DNA of 64,000 nt, from positions 2,048,001 through 2,112,000 of the forward strand of contig CAVRBU010000002.1 in assembly GCA_963719315.1 (NCBI GenBank), read 5' to 3'. Positions 43,499 to 53,313 of the stretch are shown in pieces. The stretch's first letter is position 1, and the number at the start of each line of letters is the position of its first letter. A program made the translations under genes and the position numbers. The notes under the pieces were generated by a model. The model was not told where the DNA came from, ran no database searches, and saw only the letters and a list, made by a program, of their open reading frames with translations. The DNA is from an uncultured Planctomycetota bacterium (lineage in GTDB: Bacteria > Planctomycetota > Planctomycetia > Pirellulales > Lacipirellulaceae).

Positions 43499-44698
43499 TT
43501 AGTGATGGTTTCTCAACACGTCGGCCAGGATTTCGCAGCCTTCGTCGACTTGTTCGTCGGCGAGCGTCATCGCGGGCAGCAGACGGATTACAGTTTGCTG
43601 CGTGCAGTTGATGAGCAGGCCTCGATCCAAACACTTGGCGACGATCGCCGCGCCGTCGAGGGTCAGCTCCAAGCCGATCATCAGGCCGCACACCCGCAAT
43701 TCGGAGGCGATTGTCAACTCGTCCACCAACGGCGCGAGCCGCTGGCGAAAGCGCTCGCCCAACTGCACGGCCCGATCCAGCAAGCCATCTTCGTCGATGG
43801 TTTCAATCGTGGCGATGCCGGCCCGGGCGGCAATCGGGTTGCCGCCGAATGTTGCTGCGTGCATTCCGGGCCGCAGGCTGGTGGCCAGCTCGGCCGTCGT
43901 CATCAGCGCCGCCCCCGCCACCCCGCCGCACAAACTTTTGGCGAGCGTCATGATATCCGGCGTAACGCCCGTGTGCTGGTAAGCGAACCATTTACCGGTC
44001 CGGCCGCAGCCGCATTGCACTTCGTCGAAGATGAGCAGCAATTCGTGCTCATTGGCGAGTTCCCGCAGCCCCTGCAAAAACCCAGGCGGCGGGATGCGGA
44101 TGCCGCCCTCGCCCTGCACCGGCTCGATCATGATCGCGCACGTCTCGCGGTCGACAAGGTTGCGAACAGCTTCCAAGTCACCGTAAGGCGCGTAAGAAAA
44201 CCCGGCCAACAGCGGGCCGATGCCTTCATGGTACTTCGGCTGCGCTGTTGCACTTGTAGCGCCATACGTTCGCCCATGAAATCCGCCGCGAAACGTGATG
44301 ATCTTATAACGCCCATCCGTCGCGTGGAGCCGCGCCAACTTAATGGCCGCTTCATTGGCCTCCGCGCCCGAATTGCAAAAGAACGCCTTGCCGCCGAAGC
44401 TCCGCTCCGAAAGCAATTGTGCCCACCGGCCTTGGGCCTCGGTGTGCCACGTATTGGGCACGTGAATCAACTCGGCCGCTTGCCGCTGAATGGCCTCCAC
44501 GACCCGCGGCGGACAATGCCCCAGCAAGTTGCAGCCCCAACCGGGAAAGAAATCCAGATACCGCCGCCCCTGGTCATCCCACACATACGAACCCGCGCCA
44601 CGCACGAGCGACACGGGAAACCTCGTGTAATTCGGCACCACGTACCTGGCGAACAGCTCGGCCGTTTCGGGTTTCATGCTGGTTGTGGTAGTGGACAT
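43499..44698 (-). CDS. argD: Acetylornithine aminotransferase
   Basis: [30 protein letters not shown]; located in the arg operon. Confidence 0.93.
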   Translation of the reverse strand: MSTTTTSMKPETAELFARYVVPNYTRFPVSLVRGAGSYVWDDQGRRYLDFFPGWGCNLLGHCPPRVVEAIQRQAAELIHVPNTWHTEAQGRWAQLLSERSFGGKAFFCNSGAEANEAAIKLARLHATDGRYKIITFRGGFHGRTYGATSATAQPKYHEGIGPLLAGFSYAPYGDLEAVRNLVDRETCAIMIEPVQGEGGIRIPPPGFLQGLRELANEHELLLIFDEVQCGCGRTGKWFAYQHTGVTPDIMTLAKSLCGGVAGAALMTTAELATSLRPGMHAATFGGNPIAARAGIATIETIDEDGLLDRAVQLGERFRQRLAPLVDELTIASELRVCGLMIGLELTLDGAAIVAKCLDRGLLINCTQQTVIRLLPAMTLADEQVDEGCEILADVLRNHH

Positions 44699-44702
44699 AT
44701 TT

Positions 44703-45593
44703 TTAGGAAGCCACGATTTCCGTCCCAATCCCTTGGTTCGTATAAATCTCCAACATCAACGAATGGCGAATCCGCCCATCGATGATGTGAATCTTCCGCA
44801 CGCCTTTTTGCAACGTCTCCAGGCAGGCTTCGACCTTGGGGATCATCCCCGCTTCGATGGCCCGTTCGGCGATCAGCCGGCTGGCGTCCTTCGCGGTGAG
44901 CGAATGAATGAGCGTGTCGGGATCATTTTTGTCCTGCCGCACGCCGTTCACGTCGCTCAAAAACACCAGCTTCTCGGCGCCTAACGCCTGGGCCACCGCG
45001 GTCGCGGCCGTGTCGGCGTTCACGTTCAGTCGCTCGCCCGTTTCCGTTTCGCACATGGATGGGATGACCGGCACTTGGCCGGCGTAGCACAGGTTTTCGA
45101 TCGTATCGCGATTGACGCGCGTAACACGGCCCACATGGCCCAAGTCGATCGGCTTCCCGTCTTCGCCCGGCAACGTGATTCGCTCGCCATACAGCGCATT
45201 GTTGTTCTTTTCGCCGGCAAAGTTCAGCGGCATCGCCCGCCCGCCAAAGTCTTCGATGCACTTGGCGATTGATTCGTTGATTTCGCCGGCCAGCACCCGT
45301 TCGACAATCTTGAGAGTCGCATCGTCGGTATAGCGCCGGCCTTGAATGAATCGCGGTTCGATCTTCGCTTTGGCCATCGCCCGCGTGATCGCCGCCCCGC
45401 CGCCGTGCACGACGATCGGCCGCATGCCGACCGTTTCCATGAACACGATATCCACGAGCAGATGCCGCAGCGCTTCGGGGTCCTCCATCACGCTGCCGCC
45501 GAGCTTGATGACTGTGATCTTGTCCCGAAACTGCCGAATCCACCCCATCGCCTCGATGAGCAAGTCCGCCTTCTCGATTGCGTCTTGGACCAC
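44703..45593 (-). CDS. argB: Acetylglutamate kinase
   Basis: VIKLGG, VHGGG, NVNAD, GMIPKV, HIIDGR. Confidence 0.95.
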   Translation of the reverse strand: MVQDAIEKADLLIEAMGWIRQFRDKITVIKLGGSVMEDPEALRHLLVDIVFMETVGMRPIVVHGGGAAITRAMAKAKIEPRFIQGRRYTDDATLKIVERVLAGEINESIAKCIEDFGGRAMPLNFAGEKNNNALYGERITLPGEDGKPIDLGHVGRVTRVNRDTIENLCYAGQVPVIPSMCETETGERLNVNADTAATAVAQALGAEKLVFLSDVNGVRQDKNDPDTLIHSLTAKDASRLIAERAIEAGMIPKVEACLETLQKGVRKIHIIDGRIRHSLMLEIYTNQGIGTEIVAS

Positions 45594-45747
45594 GGGCTTC
45601 TCAACTCACATCGGGGGAAATACGGACGCAGCCGGCATCGACAAGGTTCGCGGACAACGGCATTTCATAGAACAATAAGGCCAATCCCGTATTCTAAAAT
45701 CGCGTCCAGACAGGGTCAACGCAGAAAATAGAAGGTAGTCAAAACCT

Positions 45748-45807
45748 GTAGGGTGGGCGCCGCCCACCAACGATGCCGCAATCCTGTGGTGGGCAGTGCC
45801 CAACTTA
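45748..45807. repeat. Degenerate GTAG-REP doublet
   Basis: gtagggtgggcgccgcccacc...ggtgggcagtgcccaactta. Confidence 0.7.
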
Positions 45808-45994
45808 GTTTTCGGATTAGCCGCGGGACGCTAGCCCCGCTTTTCCTGCGCAAATACCGGACGTTAGCGCGTGGCCACCGATTCAGCTAACCCTAATACT
45901 TGGCTTTGACAAAGCACCTAGTTAGACCGAGCGATTCGTGGGAAGATGGCGGGCACAAATCCCCATGCTTTTCAGCGCCGTTTTTCCCGCGAAC

Positions 45995-46792
45995 ATGCCC
46001 CAAACTCTGGCGATCATCCTGGCGGCCGGCAAAGGCAAGCGGATGGCTTCCGATTTGCCCAAAGTGCTGGTGCCCGTTTGCGGCCGGCCGATGATTCGAT
46101 ACGTGATCGACGCCCTCCGCACCGCCGGCATCGAGCGGATGTTGATCGTCGTCGGCTACCGCGGCGATCTCGTGCGTCGTGAGCTGGCGAGCGAACCCGG
46201 CCTCGAATTCGTCGTGCAGACGGAGCAGCTCGGAACTGGCCACGCAATGATGATGTGTCGCGATCGGCTGGAAGTTCAAGAAGGTCCGGTGCTGATCCTG
46301 GCGGGCGACTCGCCGATGGTCCAGGCGACGTCGCTCGAGGCGCTATTGACCGAATTTGCCGCCCGCCGGCCCGCGTGCCTGCTGGGGACGGCCCGGAAAC
46401 CCGACCCGACGGGGTTGGGTCGCGTCGTCCGCAACCAGCAGGGCGGTTTTCAAGCGATCGTCGAAGAACGAGACGCCACGCCGGCCGAGCGGGAAATTAC
46501 GGAAGTCAATCTCAGCACCTACGTTTTTTGCCCGCAGGCCCTGCTGTCGTCCCTTCAGCAGTTGACGGCCAACAATGTTCAAGGCGAGTATTACCTGACC
46601 GACTGTCCCGGTGTCCTGAAAGCGGCGGGCGAGCGCGTCGAGGCCCTCTGTGTGCTGAAATCGTGTGAAGCCCTCAGTATCAACACTCCCGAGGAGTTGA
46701 AGGTGGTCGAAAACGAAATGGAGAAATTGCGGATTGCGAAGGCACCCGGCGAAAATCCGCAATCCGCATTCCGCAATCTGAAATCGCAATGA
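45995..46792 (+). CDS. glmU: GlmU uridyltransferase domain only
   Basis: ILAAGKGKRMASDLPKVL, QLGTGHA, NNVQGEYYLTD; no hexapeptide domain; ATGA overlap with prs. Confidence 0.85.
   Translation: MPQTLAIILAAGKGKRMASDLPKVLVPVCGRPMIRYVIDALRTAGIERMLIVVGYRGDLVRRELASEPGLEFVVQTEQLGTGHAMMMCRDRLEVQEGPVLILAGDSPMVQATSLEALLTEFAARRPACLLGTARKPDPTGLGRVVRNQQGGFQAIVEERDATPAEREITEVNLSTYVFCPQALLSSLQQLTANNVQGEYYLTDCPGVLKAAGERVEALCVLKSCEALSINTPEELKVVENEMEKLRIAKAPGENPQSAFRNLKSQ
46725..46785. repeat. Inverted heptamer array (ATTGCGG / CCGCAAT) encoding the glmU C-terminal tail
   Basis: aattgcggattgcgaa...aatccgcaatccgcattccgcaatctgaaatc. Confidence 0.8.
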
Positions 46793-47734
46793 ACGACCTC
46801 AAAATATTCAGCGGCACCGCCAACCAGGCGCTCGCCAAACGAATCACCGATTACCTCGGTGTGCCGCTCGGCGACGTCGGCTTGGGAAGATTCCCGGACG
46901 GCGAAATCTCCTGCAAGATCAACGAGGACGTGCGCGGTCGCGACGTGTTCCTCATTCAGCCGACCTGCCCGCCGGTGAATGAAAACATCATGCAGTTGCT
47001 GATCATGATCGACAGCTGCGCTGCGGGCCAGCGCCGAGCGGATCACGGCCGTCATTCCCTACTTCGGCTATGCCCGGCAGGATCGCAAGGATGAGGGCCG
47101 GGTGCCCATCACCGCCAAGCTCGTCGCCAATCTGATCACGCGGGCCGGCGCCAATCGCGTGCTGACCATGGACCTGCACGCCGCTCAAATCCAAGGCTTC
47201 TTCGATGTGCCGGTCGATCACTTGTACGCGGCGCCGGTACTCAACGATCATTTCCTCCATTCGGGCATCGACCTGTCGAACACCGTCATCGTCAGTCCCG
47301 ATGAAGGCAGCATCAAACGCGCGCTGGGCCACGCCAAACGCATCGGCGGCACGGTGGCGATCATCGACAAGCGCCGCATGAGCGCCGACACGACCGTGCA
47401 AGCCCACATCCTGGGCGGCGAGGTCGCAGGCAAGGTCGCACTCATGTTCGACGACATGATCAGCACGGCCGGCTCGATCACCGGCGCGGCCAAAACCCTG
47501 CACGAACACGGCGTCAAAGAAATTCACGTCGCTGCGACGCACGCCGTGCTCTGCGGCCCGGCTGTCGACCGGCTCAAAGCGGCCAAGCTCGATAGCCTGG
47601 TCGTCACCGACTCGATTCCACTTCGCGAAGACCAAATCCTGCCGCAAACGCAGGTCCTCACCGTCGCGCCGCTCTTGGGCGAGGCGATCAAGCGTATCCA
47701 CCGCAACGAGTCGGTGAGCCGGCTGTTTCGATAG
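46789..47734 (+). CDS. prs: Ribose-phosphate pyrophosphokinase; frameshift near 47020
   Basis: FPDGE, VRGRDVF, PYFGYARQDRK (shifted frame), MDLHAAQIQGFF, DDMISTAGS. Confidence 0.95.
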
Positions 47735-47911
47735 GCCGCGACCTTGAGCGTTCGCCCTACGACGAATTGGTCGACCTCCCGGACGCTGCCCGATGTGCGG
47801 GTGGGTGGTGAGCCAAGGAGAACGGGTCCTCCGCACAGTAACGCCGATGGTGCCGGAACTGGCAAAATCCCCTCGTACTTACGGAATTACCTGTCTTCAG
47901 GTGGTGTCCTA

Positions 47912-49089
47912 TACCCTGCGTGGGGATAAATGATCTGTTCCCGAGTAGCTGATTTGTTGTACAAGGCCCTTATGTCGCCATCGAGGAGGATGGCGTGTTG
48001 CTGGCAAGGAGGGCTGTCATGGCTTGGTTTCGAGTCCGATTGACGGAAGAGGAACAGCGAATTGTCGCGGCCGAGCGGGAGTCTCATCCGGAGTCGCATG
48101 TCCGCCGCAAGATGCTGGTGTTGTGGTCGCTGCAGTGTGGTTTGAAGCGATCCCAGGCGGCGAAATTGGCGGGGGTCGGAGTGGCGACCGTCGGGCGGTA
48201 CGTTGCGGCCTATCGTGATGGCGGGTTGGAGGGTCTGCGGCGGTGGAATGTGCAAGGGCCCGTGAGCGACTTGGCCGCCTATCGCGACGTGATCCGCGCG
48301 TTGTTCGAGAACCAGCCGGTCCGCACGACCGCGGAAGCCTGCAAACGCATTTACCAACTGACCGGCCTGCGGCGGGGACTGTCGCAAACTCGCAAGTTCC
48401 TGAAAGACATGGGACTCAAGTGGCAGCGGGTCCGGGCGCTCCCCGTGCCGCCCAAAAAAACTTGGCCCAGCATGTCGCCGAGCAGGCCCTGTTTCACGAC
48501 GTCGAACTGAAGCCCCGCCTCGACGCCGCCGCCCGAGGGCGGGGACACGTCTTCTTCGTCGATGCGGCCCACTTTGTGTACGGGACGTTCCTGTGCTGCT
48601 TGTGGTCGTTCACGCGAATCTTCGTGCGGGCCGCCTCGGGCCGCCAGCGGTTCAATGTCCTGGGAGCCTGGAACGCCGTGACCCGCGAACTGGTAAGCGT
48701 GACCAACACCACGGTCGTCAACACGGAAACGATGTGCGAGCTGTTGCGGAAGATCGCTGCCCTCGGTCTGGCCGGACCGATCACGTTGGTGCTGGACAAC
48801 GCTCGCTACCAACGTAACGCCGCGGTGCAAGCGTTGGCGACGCAACTGGAAATCACGCTGCTGTTCCTGCCCTCCTACTCGCCGAACCTGAACCTCATCG
48901 AACGGCTTTGGAAGTTCATCAAGCGGCGGGCCATCTATGGGCGTTACCATCCCGGATTTCAAGAGTTTCAAGCCGCCATCCAAGAAACAATCGCCGACCT
49001 CGCAACCCGCCACGCCGAACCCCTCAAATCCCTCATGACGCTCAACTTTCAGCGATTCGAAGATGTCTCATTGCTGGCCGCGTAGGGTA
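47912..49089 (+). mobile_element. IS630-family insertion sequence (1178 bp)
   Basis: Terminal inverted repeats taccctgcgtgg / ccgcgtagggta; flanking TA at 47910-47911 and 49090-49091. Confidence 0.92.
48019..49085 (+). CDS. IS630 transposase, HTH and DDE ORFs joined by a probable programmed -1 frameshift
   Basis: Slippery CCCAAAAAAAC at 48451-48461; FFVDAAHF, VLDNARYQ, LPSYSPNLNLIERLW. Confidence 0.9.
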
Positions 49090-49338
49090 TAGAATCGCAT
49101 CGCCGGGGCGAACGCTGTGCCGTTCGCCGTCGAGTTCCATCGTGCCCTCGCCTTCCAGGATGTAATAGATTTCTGTGAGCCGCTTGTGGTAGTGCGTCCG
49201 GGCGTCAATCGAAATATCGACAATGTGCAACGACGCCACACCCTCCGCATCGTCCACAAACGCCCGCCGCGTTTCGCCGCACGGGCATTGGACGGCTGGC
49301 AACTCGGACGGACGGGCGATTTGAAAGAGCTTGGCCAC
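49090..49338 (-). pseudogene. Cupin-domain gene truncated by IS630
   Basis: CPCG, HYHKRLTEIYYILEGEG, VRPGDAIL, then the IS end; second cupin motif missing. Confidence 0.8.
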
Positions 49339-49357
49339 GTAAGACTCAAGGTCACTC

Positions 49358-49900
49358 TTACATTCCACGTTTCTTTTGCCGAAATACCTCAATCACGTAA
49401 TACGGCCCAGGTTCGCAACCGTGTCCCTCACATCCTCGGGCGAATTCAAAAGCGGATTCCAGTGTCTCGAGTAGACAGTGCTGATTGGTTTGAACTTCCG
49501 ACGCCATGCCGTTGCACGACAGCGGCGAACACTCAAAGTCATTGCCCGTACTTGAACTTACGACATCAAACCCTAACTTCTCGAACTTTTCATCGAGCGG
49601 TATTACGTCCAGTTTCGGCAGTTCAAGCGGCGACGGAATACCTTCTCGAAACTCAACCGCAAACTGCCGGTACGCGTACAAATCAAAATCCTCGCGGTTA
49701 TCCTCACTTACGACGCTCCACGCCAATTCAGGAGTGTCAAACGTCCAGCGGTCATTGTGACGCCACGCATCGATCCAATTGTCGGGTGCTGCGGACATAC
49801 AGTTTGAAACGCTGCAAATCTCTTGTACGTTTGGCGCACGGAGCCACTCCGGCCTTTTCATCGTTCGTTTTGGAAAATAGCCAATCAGCGTGCTTTCCAT
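49358..49900 (-). CDS. Hypothetical protein (Cys-containing, lower GC)
   Basis: 180-aa ORF co-oriented with neighbours; EICSVSNC, ECSPLSCN, CEPGPYY. Confidence 0.7.
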   Translation of the reverse strand: MESTLIGYFPKRTMKRPEWLRAPNVQEICSVSNCMSAAPDNWIDAWRHNDRWTFDTPELAWSVVSEDNREDFDLYAYRQFAVEFREGIPSPLELPKLDVIPLDEKFEKLGFDVVSSSTGNDFECSPLSCNGMASEVQTNQHCLLETLESAFEFARGCEGHGCEPGPYYVIEVFRQKKRGM

Positions 49901-49926
49901 GCTTGTACCGTTTCACCCGCGCGCGC

Positions 49927-51090
49927 TCACTCAACCTTCTCCACCTTCGCCCATTTCCCTTCATCAATCGACTTCTCCACCGCATCCAGCACCGCTACGC
50001 ACTGTGCCCCGTCGCGGAAGTCGGCCATGATCGTCGGCTTTTTGTTGATCGCACCCATCAGTTCGTACACCGCGTGCACGAACGTGTGCTCGTAGCCGAG
50101 CACGTGCCCCGGCGGCCACCAGTTGCCGGCGTACGGATGCACGCCCTCTGTCGCCATGATTTGCCGAAAGCCCTGCCGGCCGGCGGGGTCTGCACAGTTG
50201 TAAAACTGCAACACGTTCATCTCTTCGAAGTTGAACACGAGCGAACCCTTGCTGCCGTTGATCTCGATGCGGTTGTAATTCTTCCGGCCGGGCGCTAGCC
50301 GCGTGGCTTCGAATGAGCCGAGCGCGCCGCTGTTGAATTTGGCCAGGAACAGCGTCGCATCATCGACCGTCACCTTCTCGGTGCCCTCGCCAGCCGTGGC
50401 GGTGAGACCGGCCGACCGCCCTTCGGCCGGGCGCTCGGTGATGAATGTCTTCTTCATACCAACGACCTCCGCGATGTCACCGGCCAGGAAACGGGCCATA
50501 TCGACGTGATGCGCGTTAAGGTCGCCGTTCGCGCCGGAGCCGGCCGCCTCCTTCCGCAACCGCCAGTTCATCGGGAACTTCGGATCGTTGAGCCAGTCCT
50601 GTAGATACGTCGCGCGAAAGTGGCGAATTTCGCCGATCTCGCCGGCCGCGATCATCTGCTTCGCCAGCGCCAGCGCCGGCACCACGCGGTAATTGAAGTT
50701 CACCATGTGCACCACCTTGGCCTTGCGGGCCGCATCGAGCATTTCCCGCGCGTCTTTGAGATTGAACGCCAGCGGCTTCTCGCAGAACACATGCTTGCCG
50801 GCCTTCGCCGCGGCCACCGCCATCTCGTGGTGCAGCCCGCCGGGCGTCGCGATATCGACCACATCGATATCCTTCCGTTCACACACCTTGTGCCAATCGC
50901 TTTCGTGGCTCTCCCAGCCGAACCGCTTGGCGAACTCGGCCGTCTCATCCGCATGCCGGCCACAAATCGCCTTCATCACCGGCTGCGGCTCGACATCGAA
51001 AAACTTGACCACCGTCATATAGGCGTTCGAGTGCGCCTTACCCATGAACTTCGTGCCGATGAGCGCTACGTTAACCGTCTTCGCCGCCAT
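49927..51090 (-). CDS. Gfo/Idh/MocA-family oxidoreductase
   Basis: IGTKFMGKAH, GKHVFCEKP, GDLNAH, WWPPGH. Confidence 0.93.
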   Translation of the reverse strand: MAAKTVNVALIGTKFMGKAHSNAYMTVVKFFDVEPQPVMKAICGRHADETAEFAKRFGWESHESDWHKVCERKDIDVVDIATPGGLHHEMAVAAAKAGKHVFCEKPLAFNLKDAREMLDAARKAKVVHMVNFNYRVVPALALAKQMIAAGEIGEIRHFRATYLQDWLNDPKFPMNWRLRKEAAGSGANGDLNAHHVDMARFLAGDIAEVVGMKKTFITERPAEGRSAGLTATAGEGTEKVTVDDATLFLAKFNSGALGSFEATRLAPGRKNYNRIEINGSKGSLVFNFEEMNVLQFYNCADPAGRQGFRQIMATEGVHPYAGNWWPPGHVLGYEHTFVHAVYELMGAINKKPTIMADFRDGAQCVAVLDAVEKSIDEGKWAKVEKVE

Positions 51091-51148
51091 GATCTTTCCT
51101 TTCACTTGGTACGCAAATGATGCCGCCCGTACAGCGTACCGCCAGTTT

Positions 51149-51223
51149 GTAGGGTGTGTCGAGTCCGCGAGACACACCTCGGTTTTCACGGTTGATGCGT
51201 CTCACAAACTCGACCCACCCTAC
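51149..51223. repeat. GTAG-REP doublet, same family as 13628
   Basis: gtagggtgtgtcgagtccgcgagacacacc...tgcgtctcacaaactcgacccaccctac. Confidence 0.8.
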
Positions 51224-51363
51224 GTTGCTCCGAGTGGGTGCCATGCACTCGCGGGCCGCTGTGTGAGCATGCCAACGCCTCTGCGCTTCAAAGCATGCCA
51301 TCCACTCCCAAGCCACCGCTAGCTAGGAATTCGACGGGTGAGTCGATATACTCCACAGCGTCT

Positions 51364-52545
51364 ATGGCAAACACGTCCTCACCTTCATCGTCGGAATCGG
51401 CGGCCGCGAAAGCGGGCAGCGGCCGGCTCCTATCGCTCGATGTCTTTCGCGGCCTCACGATCCTGGCGATGATCTTGGTCAACAATCCGGGCGGCGAGCC
51501 TACCTATTGGCCACTGGACCACGCCAAGTGGCACGGTTGGACACCGACCGACCTGATCTTCCCGTTCTTCCTGTTCATCGTCGGCACGTCCCTCTCCTAT
51601 TCGCTCCGCAAGTATCGCCATGGCGCCGAGATTCAACCAGCCGTGTATTGGCGGATCGTGCGTCGCACCACCCTACTGATTTTTCTCGGTTGGATGCCGA
51701 GCTTGCTACTTAAAACGATCCATGCTTTCCACGGAGCGGCGTTCGACCTGGGCGACCTGCGGATCTTCGGCGTGCTGGTTCGCATCGCCCTCGTCTATTT
51801 CTTCACGTCGCTGATCGTGCTCCATGTTTCGCTCCGCGCACAGGTTGCGCTAGGCGTTGCGATTTTGGCCGGCTACTGCGCCGCCTTGACCTGTCTGCCC
51901 GATCCGCACAATTCCACACTCAACCTCACGCGCGAAGGCAACGTCGTGGGCGCGATCGACCGCGCGCTCATCGGCCCCCAGCACATGTGGTCGGGCGACC
52001 GAGTCACCGAACCCGAAGGTTTGCTCAGCACGTTGCCCGCGATCGTCACCGCGCTCATGGGCTATTGGACGGGCCTCTTCATTCAACGCCGCGGTGTAAA
52101 CTACCACACGGTGGCGATACTCGCCGCTTGCGGCTTGGCGTGCGCCGCCCTCGGCCAAGGCTGGGACCATTTCTTTCACTTTCCGATCAACAAGAAGCTT
52201 TGGACCAGCAGCTTTGTCCTCCTCACCGGCGGCCTCGCAATGGTCGTACTCTCCGGCTGCCTCATGAAGTTCGACATCTGGGGCTGGCGGCGACTCGCCC
52301 GCCTATTCGAAGTCGTCGGCATCAACGCGATTTTCGTATTCGTCGGCTCGGGGTTGCTGGCCATTTTGCTCCGCGATATGCGCATCGGCACACTCTCCGG
52401 ACACGGATGGCTATACAGTCATCTGTTCACTTCCTGGATCCACAACCCCCAGCTCGCGTCGCTCGGATACGCGCTCATGGTGGTAATATTTTGGTGGTTC
52501 GTGTGTTGGGTGATGTCGCGTCTCGGTTGGTCGATTCGCGTATAG
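51364..52545 (+). CDS. NagX/HGSNAT-like membrane acyltransferase
   Basis: RLLSLDVFRG, WHGWTPTDLIFPFFLF, PEGLLST, PINKKLWTSSF. Confidence 0.88.
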   Translation: MANTSSPSSSESAAAKAGSGRLLSLDVFRGLTILAMILVNNPGGEPTYWPLDHAKWHGWTPTDLIFPFFLFIVGTSLSYSLRKYRHGAEIQPAVYWRIVRRTTLLIFLGWMPSLLLKTIHAFHGAAFDLGDLRIFGVLVRIALVYFFTSLIVLHVSLRAQVALGVAILAGYCAALTCLPDPHNSTLNLTREGNVVGAIDRALIGPQHMWSGDRVTEPEGLLSTLPAIVTALMGYWTGLFIQRRGVNYHTVAILAACGLACAALGQGWDHFFHFPINKKLWTSSFVLLTGGLAMVVLSGCLMKFDIWGWRRLARLFEVVGINAIFVFVGSGLLAILLRDMRIGTLSGHGWLYSHLFTSWIHNPQLASLGYALMVVIFWWFVCWVMSRLGWSIRV

Positions 52546-52603
52546 TAAGTCAGGCTTCAGCCTGACAAGCGGTAACGCCTGAGTCAGCTCAAGCCCGACG
52601 TAT
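52545..52603. repeat. Degenerate REP doublet
   Basis: gtaagtcaggcttcagcctgac...gtcagctcaagcccgacgta; related to gtaggtcgggctttagcccgac at 56721-56742. Confidence 0.6.
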
Positions 52604-53231
52604 GAAAATGCTCACTAAGCGACTTGCCGAAGTTGAATTCGAGCCGCCCCAGATCGCGATTCCGCCGCTCGTCGCAGCGCTCCTGGCCGATGCCCAACAG
52701 CGGATCGAAGCGCTCGACGACACGACACGCATCGAAATTCCCGCGTTCGTCCCCAGCAACTTTGAATTAGCCTATCGGGCGCTCGCGGAAATCGAAGCCG
52801 CCAACCTGGCCCCCGGCCGACGGTTCATCGAATGGGGCAGCGGTATCGGTGTAGTCACTTGCTTGGCATCGTGCGTGGGCTTCGATGCAGTCGGCATCGA
52901 AATCGAGCCTAAATTGGTTGAGATTGCCAACCGTATCGCGAGTGACCATCATATCGCCGCTCAATATGCGTGTGGCAGCTTCATTCCCGATGGCGTTGTG
53001 CCGCACGTCGATTGGGCCGACTGCGTCGCCTGGCTCACCACCACGGGCGACGACGGCCACGAAGAACTCGAACTCGACCCCGACGACTTCGATGTCGTTT
53101 TCGCCTACCCCTGGCCCGGCGAAGAGCAAGTCATCTTCGACCTCTTCGCCGACACGGCGGCAGTCGGGGCGCTATTGCTTACTTACCACGGGTTGGACGG
53201 CGTGAAATTGCAACGCAAGGTCAAAAGATAG
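52602..53231 (+). CDS. Class I SAM-dependent methyltransferase
   Basis: FIEWGSGIG, GIEIE, DVVFAYPWP. Confidence 0.8.
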   Translation: MKMLTKRLAEVEFEPPQIAIPPLVAALLADAQQRIEALDDTTRIEIPAFVPSNFELAYRALAEIEAANLAPGRRFIEWGSGIGVVTCLASCVGFDAVGIEIEPKLVEIANRIASDHHIAAQYACGSFIPDGVVPHVDWADCVAWLTTTGDDGHEELELDPDDFDVVFAYPWPGEEQVIFDLFADTAAVGALLLTYHGLDGVKLQRKVKR

Positions 53232-53307
53232 GATTCAGGATACGGGATGCAGGGGTCAGGGCAAGGCATTCTGGTCCCTGCCCCCTGCATCCCGCATCCT
53301 GTATCCT
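53230..53307. repeat. Inverted heptamer array (GGATACG-type)
   Basis: aggattcaggatacgggatgcaggggtcaggg...ccctgccccctgcatcccgcatcctgtatcct. Confidence 0.85.
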
Positions 53308-53313
53308 TCCCAC

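Noticed and set aside
42878..44785. Long antisense ORFs (635 aa here; also 60016-61668, 58376-59626, 49117-50298, 36605-37780)
   Set aside because: These are shadows of real genes on the opposite strand, expected at high GC, with no recognisable motifs.
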